Shown: one piece after another, positions 49,201 through 61,200 of the stretch
Layout of the letters: every line of letters starts with the position of its first letter
Numbering within the stretch: position 1 is the stretch's first letter
Assembly: GCA_951406725.2 (NCBI GenBank)
Contig: OX597815.1
Coordinates: 168,888,001-168,952,000, forward strand
From: Octopus vulgaris
Lineage: Eukaryota
Direction: 5' to 3'
DNA length: 64,000 nt
Translations under genes and position numbers: made by a program
Notes under the pieces: generated by a model
Database searches by the model: none
The model's input: only the letters and a program-made list of their open reading frames with translations
What the model was told of the DNA's origin: nothing

Positions 49201-52200
49201 TTTAAAGGATGGATCCTTTTGGGGCCAATAAAATAAGTACCACTTGAGCACTGGGGTCATTGTAATTGACTTACCCCCCACTCCCCTGGAATTGCTGGCC
49301 TTTTGCCAAAATTTGAAACTAATAATAAGGTGTTGAAATCAAAACAAATAGACTAGTGCGATTAATGTTATGCACCAAAATTAATGTAATCTGTTCAGCA
49401 ACCCATGTAGGGTGATGTAGAATTTTACTCAGAATCGTTAGCATGTCGGGCAAAATGCTTAGCGGTATTTCGTCTGTCGTTGCGTTCTGAGTTCAAATTC
49501 CGCCGAGGCCAACGTTGCCTTTCATCCTTTCGGGGTCGACTAAATAAGTACCAGTTACGTACTGGGGTCAATGTAATCAACTTAATCCCTTTGTTTGTCC
49601 CCTCTATGTTTTGCCCCCTGTGGGCTATAAAGAAATAAATTATATACTAGTGCTAGTCAGGCATATTTGGTCTTTCATGAAAATCCCGCTCTCTTGTCAT
49701 TCACTTGGTCTAACTCATTAATTATTCCCTGCATTTCTTAAATCAAAAAAGCATGCACGTTTGAAAGCCAAAACACATGATAATGCGTCTTCGCAAAACA
49801 CAAAAATGCACTGAGTCATACAGACTGTTTACAAATGCACACGCGCATTCAACCGTTGGGCATAAGGGGTCGGTTTATCGATTTTTTTTTTAATGGCTTT
49901 CTGGGGTGGCTGGGGAAATAAAAAGATCTTCACGACCACCCTCAGACTGTTTTGAAAGCCCATGGAAAATGCAAGCCTTTTAAATGAAAAATTGTGGATT
50001 TGTATAAAGGACACACAGATACACAGACATTTTGCCGTTTATAGATATAGAGATCACTGAAATACAGTGAGCTGGCAGAATCACTAGCATGCCGAGCAAA
50101 ATGCTTAGTAGAATTTCGTCTGTCTCTACATTCTGAGTTCAAATTCCACCATGGTTGACTTTGCCTTTCATCTTTTTAGGTTCGATAAAATAAATGCCAA
50201 TAGTGCACTGGGGTTGATGTAATCGATTTACCTCTCCTGCAAATTTGCTGGCCTTGTGTCAAAATTTGAAACCAATATTCTATATCACCATACAATTACT
50301 TATAGCAGTAACTTTTACAATGTATTTGTAATTTATGTATGCTTCAACTATAGTGTTAATTTTCAACTCTTGCAAGGAATTTTCTGTGGAAAATTGCATT
50401 ATAGAAAGTGTTCCAAGTCAACCAATATATATTTTTAAAAAATCCTCTGAAGATATCACAGTTTTTTGAATGAATTTCTCAAAATGACAATGCTGTAGTG
50501 CTCATTTTTTCACAAAGTATCAGCTATAGCCTTTTAAAAGTAAACTTGGAAATCTTATGGTGACAGTAACCCAATCTAATGTGATGACAATCATTCCTTG
50601 TTCACATTATTCAAGAACTTTACAGTTTTACTTTGGCCGTGCCAGCTATCTCTCTATTTTCACAGAACAGTTCTGACACAAATAATGGATAACAGAAGTG
50701 GTTTCTCATCACTTAAGATAAATTTTCTATTGCAAATTCAAGTGTTGAATAACATATCATAATTTATGTAAATCATATGAATTAGCATTATAGAGCATCT
50801 GATCAGACACTTTACTATCATAGTTAATTCTTAGTGATGGAGTTTAAATCTTGATATAATCAATAAAACAAGAATCAGTATGATATAAGTTCAAGGTGGC
50901 AAGCTGGCAGACATGTTAGCACACTCGGCAAAATGCTTAGTGGTATTTTGTTTGTCTTTACGTTCTGAGTTCAAATTCCACCGAGGTTGACTTTGCCTTT
51001 CATCCTTTCGGAGGTCAATAAATTAAGTACCAGTTGTGTACTGGGGTCGATCTAATTGACTGGCCCCGTCCCCCAAAATTTCAGGCCTTGTGGCTAGAGT
51101 AGAAAAGGATATTGTGATAAGTTCAATTGACTATTCTGCCTTGCCTGTGTCCCTAGGAAATAAAAGATTGTTAGGGGTTTTTTGGGGTTTTTTTTTTTTT
51201 TCTATCTGGTATAATTTTACATGTAATGTTTTGGTCTCTCTTCAATAATGTTCATTCTCTCTCTCCAGCTCTCACCTTCAGAATTCCACGTGGCAGCAGA
51301 AAACTTTTCTGAACTTACAACTTTCATCATTGAGCAAGCTGGTGATGTATTTAAGGTAAACTCTTCCATGTGTCTTTCTATATCCATGTATCACACTTTA
51401 TTGTCTTTTATCTTTTACTGGTTTCAGCCAGAGGCCAAGGCCATGCTAGGACACCACCTTCATACGAGTGATTTTTATAAATTATCACCATTATATTTCC
51501 ATTGCAGATTCCTAAGGATTTAGCCAAAGATGTAAACCGATTCTGGATGGATATGGAGAATCCAAACAAATCACCAGAAAACTTTTTTGATATTACTGAA
51601 AGCACACATCCTCTAACTTCTCGGGTTTGTATAAAATTATAGATCAATTTTGGTATAAACTATTGCTCTATAATTCTTATTTCAATATTAGATTATTTTC
51701 CTCCTACTGCTGTCACGAGTAGCAAGTGTAGCAATTAGAATCACGGCCATATGATGTACCAACTAACATTCTCCTGATCGGTTAACTAGGTTATTGATTT
51801 TGACTTCAAGCAATACTAGATATGTCGTACTGTTGAACTGTGCTCATGCTGGGGCACCACCTTGTAGGGTTTTAGTTAAATGAATAAACTTCAGTTAAAG
51901 ACTGGTACTTATTCCATTGGTTACAGGGACATAAACAAACCAACACCAATTGCTAGTGGATTGGGACAAACACACACACACACACACACCCATATATATG
52001 ACAGGCTTCTTTCAGTTTCCATCTACCAAATCTGTTTACAAGGCTTTGGTTGGCCCAGGGCTGTAGTAGAAGGCACTTGTCCAAGGTGCCATGCAGTGGG
52101 ACTGAACCCAGAACCATGTTGTTGGAAAGCAAACTTCTTACCTGCACCTATCTACATTTTTGTTTTTTATTCCATTATATTTTGTAACACAATATTTGCC

Positions 52201-55200
52201 CATTTAGGACTACCTTAATGGTGAGGAAAATTTATGGAAACTTGCACCTCATTTGTTTGGTACCTTGAGGTTTTTGGGTTTTATTGAGAATTTTTAGATA
52301 TTTATGGATGAAAAATCTTTCAAGATTTTTTATCTCCAGCAAGGAAATGTTATTTTTCCTTTGCTTTACTTCATCTTTTTGCTTTCTTTCTTTTTTTTTT
52401 ATTTTCAATGCTGTTTTTATTGAGTTGTGACAAATATATATATATGTATGTATATAGGAATTATTACTATTGGAATTTGAAGTTTCTTGAATTGTAAGTT
52501 TGAGTTTCGCTTTAACAATTGAAGTAGGAAGCAGCATAACAATACATAGCTAAAAATATTTGAAAACGCAGAAGATAGGATGCATTACAGACAGAACAGT
52601 ACAATTATCAATAAATTCAAGATTTTTTTCTTTTATATAGTGTCACCATTAACCACACTTTTACCAAAATCTTCACTACCCCCATAACCAATACAAATAG
52701 AAATATTGCAAAACTCTGTGTAATTGCAACAACCCTAATATCTACCCTTTCAGTGGTGTATGGCTTAGTGGTTAGAGTGTTTGGTTCACGATCGTAAAGC
52801 CATGAGATCGATTCCCAATGGTGTGTCATATTCTTGAACAAGACACTTTACTCCCTGTTGCTCCAGTCCAATCACTTGACAAAAATGAGTCATACTTGTA
52901 ATTCATAGGATTGGCTTTGTCTCATTTTGTGTCACCCTAAGGGTGTGCATGTCTATGGAGTGCTCAACCGCTTGCACTTTAATTTCACAAGCAATGTTTT
53001 CCATTGATCGGATCAACCAGAATCCTTGTCATCATAACTGATGGAGTGCCAATAATGTATTAGTTTATAAAGCTTCTTTGCAGATAACTATGGAACAAAA
53101 TGGTATATAGAGCTTACTGAAAATCTCTCTAACCCTCTCCTGACTATATATTTAATGAAATTCACTGTTCACTGGTTTCAATTAAGTTTGAAAATAATCA
53201 AGAATTTAAAGAGATTTGGTAAAATAACTAATACTTTTATTACTAAGCTACATGAAATTATGATGGAAGGGTTTTTTTTTTAAATGTAACCATTTGAAAA
53301 ATGAAATCAAAAGTAGTCTGGAGTATGTTGGTAACCAAACAGCTTTAAGAAAGATTTTTACATTGTATAACATTCAAACATTCAGAAGTCTTTCCTAATA
53401 TAGCTGGAGTTTAAATGATACTATGAACAATTGTAAAATAGATTGGTCCATGCTAGAACACACTCCTTAGTAATGGCTCTTGAAGATGTAATCTCTGTCT
53501 CAGAGAGAGGTTGAATCATTTATCACAAGTGAAATCTTGCAACTATTTTCATTGCTAACTTCTAAAGGTTTTCCAACTACTAATGGGTTGAAATAGTTTA
53601 TGTCCTACGTGGTTGATTTGTCATCTCTGAAAGATGGTCATATAATTTACTTTTTTTAAAATTATTTTGTTCATCAACACTAGAACTTTAGTAAAAAATA
53701 GCTCTCTTGCTTACGTCTGCTTACAAATGTAATACTGAAGGCATGAAAGCTTCATATTTTTTTCTTGAATAGATGAAAATATCACATTCTGCACATGGCA
53801 ATTGATTAGATATGTGTGAAGCACATTTTCTAACTTTATCAATAGTCAATATTAGATCTTGATGTACTGCTGACTAATCATATTGCAATGTGTTTACAAA
53901 TATTTTTGCTTGTATATTGCCACACTGCTTACGTTTTTCAATCGTTCAAATCATTAGTAAGGTGTAACTCACCGTTATAATTGAAGTAGCTTTGGTTCCT
54001 AATAAAATACACATACTCTATAATGTATTAAGTACTTTTTCCCTAATTGGAAACAGTGTTTAGCAATTTATGTAATTCATACACATACATACATAATATT
54101 TTGTGCTTTTATCATTGCTTTTCTTCCTGGCTTTGTTGCACACAAGAGGTTTTTGCTCTATCACTTGTGAATATAGTAACCATGGATCATCTTTATTGCC
54201 AAACATCTTTAACAAGATGTTATATATTTACACAATGTTTCTCATACCAGTTTCTCCACACATTCTTCAATATAATCAAAATTAAACCCACCAACTACAC
54301 CATCACCACCATCATTTTGGAGCCTGGCTCAAATCCTGACTTCTTTTTTTTTATTTCACGAACCTTGATATCAGTATCTACATAGTAGTACTATCACCAA
54401 GTATCACTTTTAACTTTTCAAATGACCTTAGACTTATTCAATAGAGCATTCGGAGAGTGTTGATTTAAAATCTGTTTTATATCAGCACAGTTTTCTTTGG
54501 CTTTTATATGTTCTTGTACATCCTTTATTGTAAAATGAAAGAATATTGAATTTGTTGTACTCTGTGTATCATTGAAACTTGTTTGACCAACCTTGGAGGG
54601 TTGGTAAGCAAAGTCAAAGAGATAGAATTATTTACTAAGTGTGATTATATTTCTCTTAGTACTCATGATAGAATTTCTGCTTAGTCTTGTAGCAACTCTA
54701 CTAGAGTTATAGTTTACTTCTAATACTGAAAAAAAAAAATCTTTCATTTTGAAGTTACTTTTGATCCATAATGGTCCATATTCAATCCCCATTCTTTGAT
54801 TTAGAAGGCAACAAGTGATGATGCAGTGAACACTTGTGTGAATTTTGCTGACCGCAATTTAGGCAGTGAAGATGTAACGCAGACTGAGATGGCAAAACTA
54901 TACAACCACATTCAATCAATGCCGAACACTGCCAAGAAAAGGAAGTTGTTAAAGCAGGTACTTTAGTTGCCTTTGATTCTGAGGAAGATGATGTAATTCC
55001 TAAAAAAAAAAATTACCTTGTGTTCCCTCTTGCCTGCTCCACTTTTATTTTTTTTTTTTCTTACCTAACATTTCTGACTGTTGGTCTTGAATGCCTTCGT
55101 AAACATGATAATGAATTTAAGAAGTAAATTCTAGCATTACGCATTAGTTTTGCTTCTTAACTTGTAGGCTGTGAATGATTTCATTTCTTGAAATATCTTC

Positions 55201-58200
55201 TAAATTTTAAAACTTGATATATGGTTCTTTACTGCATTAAACCTGCTTAATTAGGTTTTAATGGCTTCAAGCATGTGTAGTAAACATTTGTAGAAACTTT
55301 AGTGTTGTAATTTTGTTTATGAATGTAGTCTAACAATAATCCTTTAATGTAGCAAACTTAGTGTTATTAAAATACTTCACTTTTATTCAATAACTTACTA
55401 GATTTTTATTCCCATTGAAATATGATGTCGTCTTTGAATTGACCCACTATTTACAACAAACCCACAACTTGTTTCTACTTCAATAGTTTTCTTGGGATAG
55501 CTGCATGCTTTCATTTTATTTGAAAGTAATTCACTAGAGAGGAAGGTTTTATCACATGTTCTTTTTACTGATTTCAGTCTTTGGACTTTGGTCATACTGG
55601 GGTATTGCCTTCTAGGTTGATTACATTGACTGGTATTTATCTTATTGACTTGGGCAGGATATGAATTCAGAACATAAAAGAGCATCACCAAATGCCACAG
55701 TGTTTTGTCTAAAGCTCGAAGGTTTTGTCATCCATGCACCATAAAATAATTAAAGCCAGACTGTGTTGACCTTGTTGTGTGGTGGAATACAGAATGAAAT
55801 AGTTGAATTGGATTCCAAATAGTTTGAGTTGACAGAATAAATGAGAAAAATAAGCCATAAATATATGGGAAAATAAACAAGCATTATTTGAATGCTTTAA
55901 TCATTACCATTAGCTGTGAGCAAGCAAGATATGTTCTTCAAGCCAAACCACCTGGCAAGAAACCAAGGGGTCAACCAGGAATGAAATGGTTGGATAATAT
56001 CCATAGTCTGTTGGGAATCCAGCCAGAAAGTCTAATGAGAGTTGCTTTTGATAAGGCCCTATGGAGAAAGTGCCTAGGGACTCTACCCCAACAACCTTTA
56101 CCTGAACCATTAGCTGTTTGAAAAGAAAATGTTTATATCTGTTAGACGGATCTGCAGCATGACATATCATTTTTCTCAATCCTGCATCATCTGTGTGGAA
56201 CCCAACATCCTCAGATCAGATCTCACCACTTCATTCTATGCCTTCCTTTGATTTCCTATACCACTTCTTACTGCATCTTGTCATTACAGATGCTTCTTAC
56301 ATTAACGAAATGCATTTAATGTCCAACTTCTCTCTGTCTCTCTCTCTCATGCAAGTTAAAGTTACATATCCAATAGTTCATATCCTATTCTTTTCCAGCT
56401 TCTACAACTGCAAAATCTTCTGCACTTAGTACCTGTTTCTAACTGCTATGCAGCATGCTTCTGATATTCAACATATTCATCAAGGACATATTTCTAAGAC
56501 ATTCTTAAAACTTGAGCTTCTGCAACAAATTTTGAAAAAGATAACATCTTTGAGTATTTCTGCATAAGCTTATTCTAACTCTGCACCTCATTGCAATGTT
56601 AGCTTCTTTTTTCTTTCTTTCTATTTTAACTTTTAATATCCTTTCTTCACTTACCATTTTGTGTCATTTTATTGGTTTAGATTCCATTTACCTTGCCATA
56701 TATCTTGCATCTTCTCTTGCTTCATAATTCTATTATTGATCTGCTCTTTTTTACATTTCATTATTTATAGTTTTTGTTTTCAACTATCCCTATTCTGCAA
56801 AATGTTGTGTTTTAGCACTTGCAACTAAAATGTATAACATTTTCTATTTCTTAACTGCTGTTGTACATCTTTGTACTGTATTATTTCATAACATTTTTTT
56901 TTTTTTCTTTTCTTGTACATCAATAACAGTTAATCAGTTATTAATTTCTATTCAATCTTTCTCACCTTGTGATTTAGTGAATTTATCTCCATCTTTTCCC
57001 TATTCTTTTTAAGTTCGCCAAAGCTAACCATACAAATTTAGATTCAGTTTCTCGCTCAAGCAAAGAGAATCTCAGTATCTATCAACGTGTTAGTCAATCA
57101 ATCAAGTCAACAGGGCGTCAAACCCGGAGTCGGACTTTTGGTTTAGGTGAAAGCATCATGGTACGTACAATACTTTTCTGAAACTCAGTTTTGTTTTACA
57201 TCCACAGTATTTTGTCTGTTTTCATTATTAATGTTGGTGAGTGTCAAGACTGAATTGTCATTCTTGCAACCATATGAACCTTGAATCATCATTATTATTT
57301 CATTTATTATATATCTTAATTCGAGGAAGTCATTCACTGAGAAGATAAAAATTTGATGGGAGCAGGGAATAGTTGATGACAAATTTTAGGGGTTTATTTT
57401 TACATTTGGGCAAGTACAGACACAACTCAAGATGTATTTCAATTTTATTCAGCAAAGCATAACCTTCCCCTTCAGAGTAGTGAGGAATCACAATATATAA
57501 ATTTTTAAAAAATCTTATATATTAAGGATTTATTCATCTATACTCAAAAGTTTGAGAAACTATGCGTTACTAAGGACATCTGAGTAAGAGCAAAATATTT
57601 TTTTGTTTATTCATTCATTAAGATTGTTTATTTTCTTCTCTGTGCATATTTATTTCTTGTTAGCTTTTTATTGGTCCTAACATTTCTTTGTATGGTAGGC
57701 ACAAGGCCTGAAATTTTGCAGGAGGGGGCAAGTTGTTTATATCAGCAGGTACTTATTTTATCAAGCCCAAAAGGGCGAAACACAAATCAACCTTGGCAGA
57801 ATTTGAATCTAGAATGTAAAGCTGGAAAAAATGCTGCTAATCATTTTGTCTGGTGGGGTAAAAATTCTACCAAACCCTACCTTTATCAGTCCCAATATTT
57901 AATATATGAAAGCTACATTGCTTAATTGTTTTTCAAGTGGGAATTGTGTTTCTGATTCACCTTTAGTTTAATTTGTTTTCAAATGATTGGACAGAAGATA
58001 TAGATGATGGGAGTTCTATATTAAAAGAAAATTACCTAGAATTATTGCAAAGATCTAGTTATTTTTATAAACAATATAACTAGAATTACCAAATTGTTTC
58101 TACACTTTCCTGGTTAATTAATTAGCATGTCTCAGACATAGAAGGTACTTCCAGCTAGATCTATGCATTGATTGATTACAATCTTCTTTGATAGACAGCA

Positions 58201-61200
58201 ATTTTCCTAAGCTATGCTATTTGAATTACTCTTCAATTTGTTGCATTTTATAGAGACATTTGCCTCGAATGAAAAACAGACAGAGAGATGGGGAATCCTA
58301 TTTCTATGGCTCCAACTCAGTTTTCAAGTATAACAAAGTGAAAAATAAAGAGACCACCCCTTTTGCATGGAGTTCAGTTGTTAATAATTTAAGACGTGAA
58401 GAGGTGGCCTCATGTTGCTTGAATTCAACTTACAAGCCGGTAAGCTCATTTTATTTAAGTAATGCAGTATTTTGTTTTGTTTTTTTTAATTGATTTTCCT
58501 TATGCTTTAAAAGTTTTATATTAATACTCTCTCTTTCTCCTCCTCCTCCTCTTCCTCATCATCATCATCACCATCATCATTATACCATCCACTTTACCCT
58601 GCTTTCGTGTGTCATATGGAATTTGTTGAGGTAGAATTTCGACATCAGGATGGTCTCTTTGTTGCCAAACTATAACCAGGTATGTTTTCACTGAAGATTG
58701 AAAGCAGACACCACTTGAATAATGGTGATGCTCATTTACAACTATCACAGGATGTCAAAACAAGGGCACACACACACATATATTTACAATGAACTTCTTT
58801 AATTTCTGCCTACCATATCTACTCGCAAGGCTTTGCTTGACCCTAGACTATAGAAAACACTTGCCAGGTTACACTGTGTGGTACCTGGTATGTGTATGAT
58901 CATTTAATGTCTATCTTCTGTGTTAGCATATACTGGATGGTTTGATAAGATTTGACAAGCCAAAGATCTGTGTCAAGCTCTGTCTGCTTTGACATGATTT
59001 CTACAGCTTGACGCCTTTCCTTATGCCAACCACTTTACAGTGTATTTGGTACTTTTTCATGACACCAATGAGGTTGTCAAGTAATACACAAAACCAAAAA
59101 ATGGCTCACGTTAAGATTTCTGAGATGTTGAATTTTATTATATTAATCATGTCATAGCACTGAACATTTTAATTTAACATTACATACTCCCAGAGCATCT
59201 TGTGATTATATGCTTCAAGATAAACATATCACATTGTGTTACTGGGAGCACATGTATCTTAACTTTCACACAAGTCTGTAGAAATGAATGGTATTTGATA
59301 GATTCCAAATGACGATCACTGACTTATATGGACTTGGGCTTGATTTGGAATTTCCAACTGAATTTGATGTTGTCATCAACTATTTAAACCAGCCAAATCT
59401 GGCCAAAATATTCTACCTGTTTTATGTTCAAACTGACCAGATCCAACTTTTCCAACATATTTTATAACAGAATAAAACTATCACATCATTGAAATCTCAA
59501 ATTTATGAAATAATGCATGGTTAATACAAAACAATATGAATAAATAAGCATTACATTTAACATAATAATCTGAATACTAAAGGGTTGAAGTGTTAAACAC
59601 ACTTATTATTTGTGTGTTATTTGGTCCAGAAATAAAATCTAGCAATCATGAGTGCAACACTAACCACTTGGCCACATGCTTTCACCAAACATCAGTTAAT
59701 GTCCACTTTTCTGTGCTTGCATGGGTCAGATATTTTATTGAGGCAGATATTCTATGCCTAGATGCCCTTCCTGATGCAACCCTTACCTATTTCTAAGCAC
59801 AGTATTGTTTTCAAGGAATATTTGAAATGATTGATATCCATTTAGAAGAATCATGCAATGTCCAAACAAGGAGACACAAACATACATATTCTCATGTGCA
59901 TACACACGCACACCATTTAATATAAACAATGCTCTTTTACTTGTTTCAATCATTTGACTGTGGCCATGCTGGAGCACCACCTTTAGTCGAGCAAATCGAC
60001 CCCCAGGACTTAATCTTTGTAAGCCTAGTACTTATTTCTATTGGTCTCTTTTGCCGAACCGCTAAGTTACGTGGATGTAAACACACCAGCATCAGTTGTC
60101 AAGCAATATTGGGGGGACAAATACAGACACACATATACGACGGGCTTCTTTCAGTTTCCGTCTACCAAATCCACTCACAAGGCTTTGGTCAGCCCATGGC
60201 TAGAGTAGAAGACACTTGCCCAAGGTGCCATGCAGTGGGACTGAACCCAGAACAATGTGGTTCGTAAGCAAGCTACTTACCACACAGCCACTCCTATGCC
60301 TGAATTTTGAAAACAAGGCTTTGGTCAGCCCAAGGCTATAGTAGAAGACACTTGCCCAAGGTGCCATGCAGTGGGACTGAACCCAGAACCATGTGGTTCG
60401 TAAGCGAGCTACTTACCACACAGCCACTCCTATGCCTGAATTTTGAAAGAAATTAATCTAAATTACGTTTTGTATCTTCAAGCTTGAATAATGTTCATTT
60501 CTTATTTAATTTATCTCTTTAAATTGTAGACATTTACTGACTACAGTACAAAGAATACAACAGAGTCTTCTTGCCAAACACTGGATGACACATTAATTCC
60601 TGAAGCGCCAAGCTCTCTACTGAAAAAGAAGCTTGATTTTGACACTGTCTTACACAGTGAGGTGAGTACTCTGTAAATGTTGACTTTTCCTTTTAATTCT
60701 GTACTGCATTGCACAACTGTTGCACAGCTATCAATTTTTTTCTGTGAGAAGAGGCCGTTAATTCCTTCTTCATTTCTGAGGAAAAGGATTCTGTGAAAGC
60801 CTCCACCACCTCTTTCCCTACCTTCTCATAGTTCTGGTATCAACAATTAGAACTGTTTTATTTATAATTCACATATAATAATCCTTAAACAAAATTTCAG
60901 AGTGCTCGAATGAGATTAAATAGTTAAACCACAAAACTTAAAGACAAGTTGGCTTAATTTATTGTTCATCTCCTTCAGATTACCATTATCATCATCATGT
61001 CTTGTTTTCACATTGATTGACCATGTCCTATTTTTGTGTCTTAAATCATTATGGTTTATGATTTCACCACTTTTCAAAGTTATAAATAACAGCCTGTAAA
61101 TATTATATTGAAAGCTCCTTTTGGAAAGACAATCAAAACAGTCTTCAGATTTGAGATCCACTGTTCCAAAAAAGTGGTGTTGGAGGGTTATTTCACATTT

